Below the pieces are notes generated by a model. The model was given only the letters and a program-made list of their open reading frames with translations, was not told where the DNA came from and did not search any database. The translations under genes were made by a program, and so were the position numbers. A stretch of 63,925 nt of DNA, filler included, from Aduncisulcus paluster (lineage: Eukaryota): the NCBI GenBank assembly GCA_024181965.1. It is 4 parts of 4 records of this genome, joined end to end, with 100 filler letters (N's around TTAATTAATTAA, not from the genome) between each part and the next. Parts side by side here need not be neighbours in the genome. Positions count along the whole stretch, not along the records: positions 1 to 17,131 come from BQXS01010846.1; 3 more parts are not named here. One strand, given 5' to 3'. Position 1 is the first letter of the stretch. Each line of letters starts with the position of its first letter. Below are positions 1-10,271 of this stretch, piece by piece.

Positions 1-1
1 T

Positions 2-2338
2 GAAGAAGCTGAAGAGGCCGATGAGACTGACGAATCTGGTGAATCTGGTGAAGTGGACGCAACAAAGGCAGAAGAAGAAGATTCTGATCCATATCTTGAC
101 GATGAGGGTGAGAAAGCCAAAGAAGTTGATGTTGTTCAGGAACGAGACATGGTTCCTGATGAAAATGAGATTCCAGAAGGTCAACGTGAAGGGGATCTCC
201 GTGAAGAAGCCAAAGAAGCCGACTCTATTGGGGAGACAATGGTTGATGAAAATGAAATTCCAGAAGATCAGGATGAAGGGAAGGAAGAGCATGATCAAAG
301 AAGGAGACCACGAAAGGTTGAATTGGATAAGAAGGAAGAAGTAACAGAAGAGGAAGAGGAAGAAGAGGAAGAAGAAAAGAAATCAGATGGGGAGAAAGAA
401 GAAGAGAAAGAGGAAGAAAAACCTGAATTCACTCCTTCTCAGATGAAACTGATAAAAGGGAATATAAAGGAGATGACAAAACTTATTAACTCTCAGATTG
501 ATGATATGCAGAGCGAGCGTCTTCCAGATGAAGTTGGACCCAGGATGCCAATGTTCTCCTTCATTAACAGTGGGATGATTTTGACTGGTAAAAATTTGAC
601 GACGAAAAGTCTCATCCGGACATTTATGAATCATTGTGATCGTAAGACTATCGGTCCTAAGGTATATTTGTCTCGTTCCGCTCAACAAATGGAAGCTCTA
701 AGAAATCCCGAAAGTGGAGTTGTTCCTAGTCCAAATTGGGAAGGATTTCAGTTTTCCTTGAACTGTTGGCGTGGATTTTGGAGTAACTGTTGTTCCAACT
801 GTTATGATGAAGATTATGGAACGAAGATTCTTCACCGTATCCTTGAGAAGAAAACTCGTGAGGATCCATTGCATATCCACATTGCTATTCTTGGAAATCC
901 CATGGATTACCATGCTGGAGAACCGATGGCTGAGGCTTCTATCATTCGTCTCAGTATTCCTCGTGCGTCTTCTTTGGCCCTTGTTCCTGCCTCTCAGCGC
1001 ACCAGTCCTGGATTCTTGTTGTCAGCATTGAAAATCTCTCCCACACCCCGTTTGATGGCTATGCTTGCAAGAATTGCCCTTCCTGAAACCCCTAGTCTCG
1101 GATCTTCTCCAAATATGCAGCGCTCAAGTATCAATACATGTTACTTCTATGGAGAAAAAGAAAGAAAACACAACTGTCCATTCAAGTGTTCGTTTGAAGA
1201 TGCCATTGGTCTTGCTCTCTGTGAAAAGATGCTCCATGAGTGTTTGTATGCCCAGCAATTTTCTCCCCAAAATCTTTCTCTTGATCCNNNNNNNNNNNNN
1301 NNNNNNNCACTCACGTTGGATAACAATAGCTGCACATTCCTTCCGATGCTCTTCTTCAACCAATTTCTTGAATCTCCACTGGCGCTGCAGAACAACAGCA
1401 GCTTGGATTTGTCTTTTCAGTTTCAGGCGAGCAACAAAGCCTCGAGCAACTCTTTGTATCNNNNNNNNNNNNNNNNNNNNTTGTTGTCAGCATTGAAAAT
1501 CTCTCCCACACCCCGTTTGATGGCTATGCTTGCAAGAATTGCCCTTCCTGAAACCCCTAGTCTCGGATCTTCTCCAAATATGCAGCGCTCAAGTATCAAT
1601 ACATGTTACTTCTATGGAGAAAAAGAAAGAAAACACAACTGTCCATTCAAGTGTTCGTTTGAAGATGCCATTGGTCTTGCTCTCTGTGAAAAGATGCTCC
1701 ATGAGTGTTTGTATGCCCAGCAATTTTCTCCCCAAAATCTTTCTCTTGATCCTGGAACTTTCAAAAGTCTTGATGAAGCTGCCGATCGTTGTCAGAAGGA
1801 GTACATTCCCACCTATCGCATCATTGCAGATATCATTACTTCTTGGAAACTGATTGCCCAAGGTCATGAATCATATCCATCCACAAACATCCATTCTTTC
1901 ATCTCCCCGACAGTGTTTGTTCCTATTGGTATGGCCTTCTTCAAGTTCCTGTCATCCAAGCCAAAGACCAAGAGTGTTGCTCAGAAAACATACTTAAACA
2001 ACGTGCGGGCCACATACGAGGCTTTGATGGACACATTGTTCCCAGGAGAAGAAACCATCCAATGTGAAGTTGGTGTAAGAGAGAAGAGAGCATGCTCTGG
2101 TTTCATTTGTGTTCAAATCCGTGAGGAGCATGCATCTCCATATGGTCAGATCTTACCGCTTAATAAGGTTGGCTTTATTGCGTCAGTGAAGAAAAGGAAC
2201 AGGTACACTCCCAGATTGTACGATGTTGTGAGGTGTTATGGAATCGATCCTTCCGCTTTTGACGAACAGGGTTCTTCAGATCTTCTGACGAATTACATGG
2301 ACTTTGATTCCACAATTTACTCAAAACTGATGGGATGA
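2..2338 (+). CDS. Hypothetical protein with acidic low-complexity N-terminus; 5'-partial; 1288-1752 is assembly artefact
   Basis: Frame open from base 2 (EEAEEADETDESGESGEVDA) to TGA at 2338. 1016-1287 is repeated at 1481-1752 around two 20-N gaps; removing 465 nt keeps the frame. No domain recognised. Confidence 0.8.
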   Translation, partial: EEAEEADETDESGESGEVDATKAEEEDSDPYLDDEGEKAKEVDVVQERDMVPDENEIPEGQREGDLREEAKEADSIGETMVDENEIPEDQDEGKEEHDQRRRPRKVELDKKEEVTEEEEEEEEEEKKSDGEKEEEKEEEKPEFTPSQMKLIKGNIKEMTKLINSQIDDMQSERLPDEVGPRMPMFSFINSGMILTGKNLTTKSLIRTFMNHCDRKTIGPKVYLSRSAQQMEALRNPESGVVPSPNWEGFQFSLNCWRGFWSNCCSNCYDEDYGTKILHRILEKKTREDPLHIHIAILGNPMDYHAGEPMAEASIIRLSIPRASSLALVPASQRTSPGFLLSALKISPTPRLMAMLARIALPETPSLGSSPNMQRSSINTCYFYGEKERKHNCPFKCSFEDAIGLALCEKMLHECLYAQQFSPQNLSLDXXXXXXXXLTLDNNSCTFLPMLFFNQFLESPLALQNNSSLDLSFQFQASNKASSNSLYXXXXXXXLLSALKISPTPRLMAMLARIALPETPSLGSSPNMQRSSINTCYFYGEKERKHNCPFKCSFEDAIGLALCEKMLHECLYAQQFSPQNLSLDPGTFKSLDEAADRCQKEYIPTYRIIADIITSWKLIAQGHESYPSTNIHSFISPTVFVPIGMAFFKFLSSKPKTKSVAQKTYLNNVRATYEALMDTLFPGEETIQCEVGVREKRACSGFICVQIREEHASPYGQILPLNKVGFIASVKKRNRYTPRLYDVVRCYGIDPSAFDEQGSSDLLTNYMDFDSTIYSKLMG
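1308..1460 (-). CDS. Internal fragment of an IQ-motif (calmodulin-binding) protein on a misplaced contig
   Basis: Reverse strand reads IQRVARGFVARLKLKRQIQAAVVLQRQWRFKKLVEEEHRKECAAIVIQRE: one canonical IQxxxRGxxxR and two degenerate IQ motifs, bounded by N gaps. Confidence 0.7.
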
Positions 2339-2718
2339 TGGATATACGGTGTGTACACTGGCCATGACTAGATGTGATCGTTCTCTCTCCATTGGACTGA
2401 GAAGATGCCATCAAGATTAGCTAATTGTAGATTTATTATGGACTTTCGTTTTGTGACAAAACTTTTGTCATCATCGCTTTCGTTTCTTGGTGGGAACCCA
2501 ATTACCAATAGTATTTGTATGTGCCCTGATTATTTTTGGAATGGGTACAACTATTTTTTTTTTTGTATTTGTAGCATTTGAATTGTAAAATATTAAAATT
2601 TGGTAATCCTATTATAGGGTCATTTGTCATTAAAATGTCAATCTAAAATCCTCACAAGTTGTTGTAAAGTTAGCTATTAATTGTTGTTTGAATCTGTTCA
2701 TTTATGTCCTTAGGGCCT

Positions 2719-5700
2719 CTATGAAAGATTGATGCTCAGTAATTTCAAAAAAAGTGCATCCAAATTCATATTTATGTCCCAAAATAGCATCATATTGGAA
2801 CTGCTTTCAAATTGATCCTTGTCGACAGATCTTCTCAATTCTTCAAAAAGTTCTTTATATTCGAAATTGAAACGGCCCCTTTCTTGTTGGAATGGTCTAA
2901 TCAATGAAGAGAATAAATCCTGATAAGGAAGAATGCAAATGGCTTCTTGAGATTTCATGTTTCGAAGAATTATATAACTCGTTGTCATTGTTGAAGAAGT
3001 TAATGTATTTATCTTGCTTTTTGTAAATCTTTCGCTTGCAGAAACTCCACCAATAATCACATTTTCATGCTTTCCAAAGAGTTTTGACCATTTTGATTTC
3101 ACATGATGATCAAACTCGTTATTATTTTGAGGCTTCCAGCAATATGAATCCACCGGAGATTGTCCTATTTTAATAGAAGAAGAGGGAGAATACATTCTGG
3201 GAACTATAAACATTTCATTTCTGGAATAAATCTCACGAGAATCATAAAGAGAAGCATCACAAACGACACCCTTGAAGAATGAAGGAACTATTGGAGCTAC
3301 AACCCATTCATATATCTTGCCATCAGAAGTAGAAATCTTAGGGAGAGATGTTCTCAGTAATTGGAGGGAAGATACAAATGAATTCACTGCACAACAAAGA
3401 CTATTAACTTGGGGCATGAGACTTTTAAACTCTTCATTGATATAATCCTTATATGTCCCCGAAGCAAGAGAATATGCTCTACGTAAAGAATATTTGTATA
3501 GTAAAGATGCTCTTTCCAAGAGAATTGAAGCAAGAATATACTCATACAATAACGGACTTCCAGGTTCCCATTGGCCTGGAATAATGGAGTGGGTGATGTT
3601 TTTGAGAGTCATTGGAATGAGAGATGTTGATTTGACACGTGAAGAATCAGATGGATGTGAAGAAAGTGGAATCTCAAATAAATATGAATATTTAGCATTA
3701 AAAATACGCTGGCATCCAATAAAAGGCACGTTATCATAAATATCAGCATACCACTCGCCATTTTCAACAGAAATGCAGGATCCAGAGGCATAATTGTACT
3801 CTTCATTGGAACTTCCATACACAAAGTAAGGCCATAAAGGCATGAAAGCTCGTATTTTTGGCAAGTGACGACTATAAATGACACTTAATTGGTGACAAGC
3901 ATCTCTGAAAGATAGTCGTTTGTGAGAATCAACAATAGATTGTTTCCAGGAGGACAAATCAGTATATAAATGATCTGAAACTTCCCGAGGAACTTGAGTT
4001 AATGATGCCCTATCTTGAGATCCAATATATATTTTCCCACTATTAATGAAAAAAGAGCAAGGATATTTTTCCATTGAAAAAGATGAATATTCAACAATTC
4101 CTTCGAATAATTCTGGAAATACCAGAGATTTTGTTTTAGGTTTTGGCTTTGTACGTTTTTCCTCATCCATCATAGAAAAGAACCTTTGGACGCCAACAGC
4201 AGGATCAGTTGTCGGTAAAATAATTGTTGGAGACTCTTTCATTTCTAGATGATAGAAAGGATAAATATACTTACTCCATTCAATTACTGTCTGAGGAACA
4301 AGTTCAGATGACTCTTCTTTTGTTATTGTCTCAAGACTTTCTTCTTCTTCCTTCTTTTTCTCACTTTTTCGACTTTCACTTGCCAAAGATGAGAAAGGGA
4401 AGGATAATGCTCCACTTCTTTTCCATTCTGGTGGGGATTCCTTTAATTTTGAACCAAGAACACCATACGCAAGAACTTCATTAACAAATATGGGGGGGTT
4501 CGATGTTGTTGTCTCTGAAAGTTTGTCAGAAAGTATCGGGATCTGAGAAATTGTTGAAATAGGGAAGGAAGGCAAGTCCATCATTCCAAACATTTGACTC
4601 GGAACCCCCATTTGACCCATGCCCATCATATTGTGTGATCTCAGAGCTTTTCCCATTGATTTCCAAGAAGAAAGAACACTCAAGAGTGGTTCGGAAACTT
4701 CTTCGAGATCATCAATGTTAAATCGTGATTTTGGATCCAATTCTGACATTAACTCTTTTGAATCAGATTCTTCGCTCATTTTTTCAGATAAATGTACCTC
4801 ACATATCTTAGAATCCAAAATTGGAACACCGATCCAAGCAATCTGATCAAGATTAATCACAATTTCACCATAAGAACGAAAAGGGAGTAATACCAAATGG
4901 GGACAAAATCCGAGAGGATGCTCTTTTCTGATTGGCATCGAAAAGGCTTCTTTTTCTCCCAATTTTCCCTTCCATTTCAGTTGTTCCTCTTTATCTCCTT
5001 CTTCTGTTGCAATCTCTGAGAGATAAGAAACAATTTTCCCACATTCGGAAGATTCCTGGTTGAGTGTTGAATCAGAGTGGATAATTCTTCCACAAATGCA
5101 CTCAATTATCTGTGATCCACAACATACCCATACAGAAACACCATGTAAACTCCTAAAATAATCCAAAGAAACCTGTTTGAAATGCATGTCACTCGAAGAT
5201 CGAAGGATATGGGGAACATTGCGGGTTCCCAATGCAATTCTATAATATTTCCTGTGATATTTTCTTATGAACATATCTACATTCCGGTTGTCTGTTGTCG
5301 ATGCGGAAAATGTGGTGAATGACACAGAATTAGAAGTGTGTTTAAGATATCCTCTTGTAAAAATGGGATCTTTTGTGAGCATATTGCAAGGAGATATCAG
5401 TTTTTCCTTTTCTAATAACATTTTCATGGCAGTTATTGGGTCAGGGTTACTTGACATGTCCATATAATGTCTAGAATCGAGGGGATCGTTGGAATTCAGA
5501 GTCGGAGAACTACACAATTTCAAGCTTGGATAGTGCATAATGGCACCTGATATGCACATAGAATAGTTATCTTTTTGCCTGCAAACAACTGAACATCCAA
5601 GACTGACAAATGAATCTTTTGGAAGTAATGGATGGACATTTGAGCATTGAGAACATTGTAGCATTGTGTAGTTAATATCACATATTTTCATAAACTCAGC

Positions 5701-7677
5701 GCAGCTTATATTCTTGTTGTATCGGAGCAAGTAAGGAGATGACATGTATGAAGAGCACATTCCTTCATTCAAAGATATCAAGGCATCCTTGTTCCATCCA
5801 AAGCATTCACCAGGCGATATTAGCGAAGGGTTAAGAGCTCGATCATCATTTGATATGGATACCGAGAAAGGTTTTGAACACAAGGGAATGGAATTAACAT
5901 GCATGGTCCACTCTCTATCAATAACAGTGGGTTCATCCCCAATCTCAAGAGTTACAGGAGAAATATTGTACTGATAGGCAGAAACATCGAGTAATTTAGA
6001 TTCTGAAGGGGATAAACCTTCTTTATGATTTATAGATTTTCTTATCCCAGCCAATTGACTAAATAAAGACTTCGGTTGATCGAACGGAGATTTAGGTTGA
6101 CTTGAAGAAGTCTTCGGTTGATCGAACGGAGATTTAGGTTGACTTGAAGAAGACTTCGATTGATCGAACAGAGATGGTTGAGGGGGAAAAGAAAATTCTT
6201 GTGATTCTAAGAAATCGGACCTTTTCTCATCACCTTCTATTTTTTTCCCATCCTTTTCCCTTGTATCTTTTTTTAAGGGAGGCTTCATATCAATGCTTTG
6301 ATCCATTGGCATAAACACAATCCCAGATTTAGTGTATAACCTGGACTCGCAGACAAATAGCTTATCATCATGGGCCCAAATGCAACAATATCTACAGTCA
6401 ATAGGAGCATCGAATATCATGGATCCATCAATTGACAGCACTGTCAGTGCTTCTCGATCAAGGTTAATGCTATCCATTGTTGATTTTGGAATGAATGAAA
6501 CTGGATCAAGAGGTGAATGAAGGGTTTGAAATTGCTCTATTTGTATGGGAGATAGTGCGACAGAACTTATTCGATGACCTGAAGCATCATACTCGGGTTG
6601 ACGAAGACCAGAAATGCCCTGATTAAAAGAAGAGAGTGATCCAGGAGTACCAGTGGCTGGGGTTTTTGCTAACATTTCAATCCGTTGCATCATGCGAGAA
6701 TATTCTGCATTTTGTATTCTGAGCTCTTCTCTCTGAAGCTTGCTAGCTTCAGCCGACCAACTAATACAAATCATAGGAATTCCATCTGAAACTTTCCAAT
6801 TCCTTACGATTCTACATGAATAAATCCATCCTTGGTGATTATTACGCAGCTGAGATCGTTTGTTTGGGAATTGAACTCGAGCCGAATCAAGGGGATCTTC
6901 CTTGATAATTAGGTCAGAAAAACCACAACTCAATCCAAGCTTAATTCTTTCTTCAACAATTGCCTTGTGCTTCGAAAGAATATGGTTTCTTCTTGTTTTT
7001 AATGATTTTAACCAGAGGGGGAAATCACTGGAGGCAACTGGACGAAGTTCAAAGCCACTTGGAGAGTCAAAAAGGGTCAAACAATTCCCAGTGGTTGTAA
7101 GGATAATATCTTGTCTATATTTCTTCATTCCACTTGTCTGTGAAGACACAAAATGAGGGATTGCGGAAAGAAGCCTTCCAAAATCAGAAGGTAAGCTTTT
7201 GACAAGTGAAGATGATTCACAAATGTGAAATTTTTGGTCCATCGTAATGTTTCTCGCCAATACCACATATCCTTGAGTTGTTTGTTGGGAAGCTGGTTTG
7301 TGCTCAGGAAGAAAACAAGAGAAAGGAAGGCAAATAATAACATATTCAATTTCGTTAATATGTAAAATATATGTTGTTATGGGTTCACCTCGAGAAGAGT
7401 GAATAGCAGGGGATGATCGAGATCTAGTTTTGCTCGAGTAATGAAACAATTTTAATTGGGTGTCTGGTTCAATAATTGGTGAGATTTCCACTTTTTGTTC
7501 ATCAAACAAAGATTTTTTCAAAATTTTGATATGAAATAGACCTGACACGAAACCATCAAAGCATTGAAGTAATTCGGTACCGATTGGATTGCTGAAATAC
7601 GAATCTGTATATATACTATGCTTGATAGGAGTTTTTAATTTGGAATATTTCGATTTCATGAAATGATACCTTTCCAA
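2719..7677 (-). CDS. Large hypothetical protein (~1650 aa); 5' end unresolved
   Basis: Long uninterrupted ORF ending TAG. The listed start is TTG and the frame stays open to about 7745; a GTATGA donor-like site lies at 7805. No domain recognised. Confidence 0.8.
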   Translation of the reverse strand: MERYHFMKSKYSKLKTPIKHSIYTDSYFSNPIGTELLQCFDGFVSGLFHIKILKKSLFDEQKVEISPIIEPDTQLKLFHYSSKTRSRSSPAIHSSRGEPITTYILHINEIEYVIICLPFSCFLPEHKPASQQTTQGYVVLARNITMDQKFHICESSSLVKSLPSDFGRLLSAIPHFVSSQTSGMKKYRQDIILTTTGNCLTLFDSPSGFELRPVASSDFPLWLKSLKTRRNHILSKHKAIVEERIKLGLSCGFSDLIIKEDPLDSARVQFPNKRSQLRNNHQGWIYSCRIVRNWKVSDGIPMICISWSAEASKLQREELRIQNAEYSRMMQRIEMLAKTPATGTPGSLSSFNQGISGLRQPEYDASGHRISSVALSPIQIEQFQTLHSPLDPVSFIPKSTMDSINLDREALTVLSIDGSMIFDAPIDCRYCCIWAHDDKLFVCESRLYTKSGIVFMPMDQSIDMKPPLKKDTREKDGKKIEGDEKRSDFLESQEFSFPPQPSLFDQSKSSSSQPKSPFDQPKTSSSQPKSPFDQPKSLFSQLAGIRKSINHKEGLSPSESKLLDVSAYQYNISPVTLEIGDEPTVIDREWTMHVNSIPLCSKPFSVSISNDDRALNPSLISPGECFGWNKDALISLNEGMCSSYMSSPYLLRYNKNISCAEFMKICDINYTMLQCSQCSNVHPLLPKDSFVSLGCSVVCRQKDNYSMCISGAIMHYPSLKLCSSPTLNSNDPLDSRHYMDMSSNPDPITAMKMLLEKEKLISPCNMLTKDPIFTRGYLKHTSNSVSFTTFSASTTDNRNVDMFIRKYHRKYYRIALGTRNVPHILRSSSDMHFKQVSLDYFRSLHGVSVWVCCGSQIIECICGRIIHSDSTLNQESSECGKIVSYLSEIATEEGDKEEQLKWKGKLGEKEAFSMPIRKEHPLGFCPHLVLLPFRSYGEIVINLDQIAWIGVPILDSKICEVHLSEKMSEESDSKELMSELDPKSRFNIDDLEEVSEPLLSVLSSWKSMGKALRSHNMMGMGQMGVPSQMFGMMDLPSFPISTISQIPILSDKLSETTTSNPPIFVNEVLAYGVLGSKLKESPPEWKRSGALSFPFSSLASESRKSEKKKEEEESLETITKEESSELVPQTVIEWSKYIYPFYHLEMKESPTIILPTTDPAVGVQRFFSMMDEEKRTKPKPKTKSLVFPELFEGIVEYSSFSMEKYPCSFFINSGKIYIGSQDRASLTQVPREVSDHLYTDLSSWKQSIVDSHKRLSFRDACHQLSVIYSRHLPKIRAFMPLWPYFVYGSSNEEYNYASGSCISVENGEWYADIYDNVPFIGCQRIFNAKYSYLFEIPLSSHPSDSSRVKSTSLIPMTLKNITHSIIPGQWEPGSPLLYEYILASILLERASLLYKYSLRRAYSLASGTYKDYINEEFKSLMPQVNSLCCAVNSFVSSLQLLRTSLPKISTSDGKIYEWVVAPIVPSFFKGVVCDASLYDSREIYSRNEMFIVPRMYSPSSSIKIGQSPVDSYCWKPQNNNEFDHHVKSKWSKLFGKHENVIIGGVSASERFTKSKINTLTSSTMTTSYIILRNMKSQEAICILPYQDLFSSLIRPFQQERGRFNFEYKELFEELRRSVDKDQFESSSNMMLFWDINMNLDALFLKLLSINLS
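6068..6170. repeat. 42-nt coding tandem repeat, about 2.4 copies (SSSQPKSPFDQPK)
   Basis: cttcggttgatcgaacggagatttaggttgacttgaagaag recurs with 42-nt period. Confidence 0.85.
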
Positions 7678-8152
7678 AATCGCTGTGGAGCAAAATGATT
7701 GTTCAAAAATATTTCTGCTTGATTCTTGGGCGAATATTGAAAAATAAAAAAAAAAAATTTTGAGTAAAACTATATTTTCAAATTCACTAATTTATTTATT
7801 CATACCATGTGTTGTGTCACTGCCAGGGACATTTGTTTGTAGTGGCACTAAATCTATAGGAAACGAAGCAGGTTTCCGCTAAAGATCCATTAGTCACTAA
7901 TCTCCTTGAATGGGATATTTCGAATTGGTGGGGTAATTTTGAAATTAATAAAGAAATAGCCCAATTAGCACAACTAACAATTAAAATTAAGATATAATTT
8001 AGAAAAAGATAAATATTGTCTCAAGGGGGAAATTTATGGACAATAATAAGCGAAAAAGGAATAAATATTTCGAAATTACTGGAAACACTGTTGTGACATT
8101 ACAACACAACAATAATATAACTTATTCAGGATGCCAATTTCATTTCACCCAT

Positions 8153-9742
8153 TCATTCTTTGGGCTCTAAAATAATGATATATGACGTGAATACTCTTGA
8201 TGTGACCTTAATTTTGTTCACATCATACACTTCATAAGACCCAGAATTCACAGGATCGAATGAAACATTATATCCATTGGGATAGTAAAGATCTTCAGAG
8301 GTAAAAATAATTGAGTAAGTAAGACGAGTGACATCAGGCTGAACGTGTACTTCGAGTTTGTTGGTGTCCACATCAAATGAGAAAGAAATAAGCTCTCCTT
8401 CAACCTCCATAGGATATGGTCTGGCTAGAGCCTTGAGTTTCTTCTCAAAGAGAGTTCCATCCTCACTCCAGAATCCTTCACTTCCACTGCCGGCTGCAGT
8501 CGTGACGTCGTTGTATGTCTTGAATTGCCAGTAGCAGAAACTCAACATGTGACGCTCATAATCACTTAGGATGTGTTGCAAGTCTTCAATAGCACTATCA
8601 TCCTCATCAACAATGGCTCCAAACTCAGTCAGTATCATACCGCCGAGACCCAGATTTGCAACATCAATCTCACGTTGATCAACGATGAGAACCTCATCCC
8701 AAGCATCACAGATCCATTGGTAGAGAGGGTCCATGTTGGAGTTTACAAGGGCACAGTAATCGTGAACACTGAGGATATTCTGTTGAGATCCATACGGAAG
8801 GTCATCGGGGAAGCCTCCTTCTGGGAATCCAACCTTAAGGTAATTGGATACAGTACTTTCATACAACACGAGATGTCCGGTACCAGCAAGGGAGCTGGAG
8901 ATGATATTGTGGTATAAGGGGGTCAAATTGGCCTCGTCACTCTTCCATCCTTCAAGGGCCCACTCAGGATGGGCATATATATCACCAAGCCAAGGCTCAT
9001 TCACAAGTTCCCAACCAAAGACATATTCCTCGGATTCAAACTTGTCCTTGACAACCGACCAGTGACGCAGTAAAAGATCTTGAACGGTAGTCCCCAAAGT
9101 AGAGTCAGAAGTCCCACCAAAGGCTGTTTCTTGGAATGGATTGCAATTATTGTAAAGACATTCCCAGGCTTTTCCTTGCTCGACAGTGGGATAATACATT
9201 CCAAATTCATACTCCAAACATGAGTCGTGAGTTGGAAATCCATCAGAATCCCTATCTAAGTCATCTTCATACGGTTCAGGGAATGGCTTGTCAGCATTCC
9301 ACCAATCACTTGGGAAAAGACATGGAGGAAATCCTTCTCCGCAGAACCATTTAGAAAACAAGTCCTGATGCATGTCGATAATTGTGTAAATTCCTGCTTG
9401 GGCAAGATCTTGGACAATTCCCAACATTGTATCAAGGTAATCTTCATCTGGTTCGGAAAAAGAACATGTGGGAAATGTGCCATCAAATTGAACTCCGAGA
9501 CGAACTAAATTAAACCCATGGGTTTTAAGAAAAGCAATATCGTCAGCATTAAAACTAAGCTGTGGATCAAATTCTCCGGTGGAAGGATAAAATGGATCAA
9601 CCTTATAAACCACATTCACTCCATGAAAATACATTTCCTTGTCGTATCTATCATCATAGAACATCCCATTATCATTGACCCGTATAATTGCTAATACAGG
9701 TAAAATGATGAGAGAAATAATTAGTAATAATTGTGTATTCAT
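8153..9742 (-). CDS. Secreted glycoside hydrolase family 5, endoglycoceramidase-like
   Basis: Signal peptide; FHGVNVVYK, GFNLVRLG, IIDMHQDL, acid/base WELVNEP, nucleophile ILTEFG, C-terminal ARPYP plus beta-sandwich. Confidence 0.9.
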   Translation of the reverse strand: MNTQLLLIISLIILPVLAIIRVNDNGMFYDDRYDKEMYFHGVNVVYKVDPFYPSTGEFDPQLSFNADDIAFLKTHGFNLVRLGVQFDGTFPTCSFSEPDEDYLDTMLGIVQDLAQAGIYTIIDMHQDLFSKWFCGEGFPPCLFPSDWWNADKPFPEPYEDDLDRDSDGFPTHDSCLEYEFGMYYPTVEQGKAWECLYNNCNPFQETAFGGTSDSTLGTTVQDLLLRHWSVVKDKFESEEYVFGWELVNEPWLGDIYAHPEWALEGWKSDEANLTPLYHNIISSSLAGTGHLVLYESTVSNYLKVGFPEGGFPDDLPYGSQQNILSVHDYCALVNSNMDPLYQWICDAWDEVLIVDQREIDVANLGLGGMILTEFGAIVDEDDSAIEDLQHILSDYERHMLSFCYWQFKTYNDVTTAAGSGSEGFWSEDGTLFEKKLKALARPYPMEVEGELISFSFDVDTNKLEVHVQPDVTRLTYSIIFTSEDLYYPNGYNVSFDPVNSGSYEVYDVNKIKVTSRVFTSYIIILEPKE

Positions 9743-10192
9743 AAATTAATAGAATTAAATGAATTTAGTTAAACCTAGTGTGCCAAAACTGGAAAAACTA
9801 TTAATCTTGATATTGACGAATAAAAAAAATTATGAATATGGTGTTGAAACAGATTTTATAAAAATATTTTGTTGAGATGATCAATCGAGAATAGTACTTC
9901 GGCTGATAACAAAAATAGCGTTTTCCTGTCGTATCAAGTTTTCTATATCGAATAAGAAAAGGATTTATGTGAAATATAGATATTTTACTTTTTGAATAGG
10001 GGGGATAAAAACTTTCTAACTACATCGTACATGGACATTCGATTCCGAAGATTGAGTCAATCGCAAGTGACTTGATTACTGAATGAAAGGGATTACTCTG
10101 GTGGAATCCATTGGTATACACTCCAGTTTTCTCAAAAAATTAGAAGAAAGGCCTGAAGGTCATTTTGAAATTCTAATTCTGAGATAAGAGTC

Positions 10193-10271
10193 ACCTATTG
10201 ATGAGATTCCTCCTGGAAAACTTGCATGAAATTGCCAAAATATAATGATTATGCCCCTTAAATTCTGAGGT
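10193..10271 (+). ncRNA. Candidate box C/D snoRNA
   Basis: C TGATGA 10199-10204, D' ATGA 10226-10229, C' TGATTA 10246-10251, D CTGA 10265-10268; short ACCT/AGGT terminal complementarity; ORF-free spacer. Confidence 0.45.
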
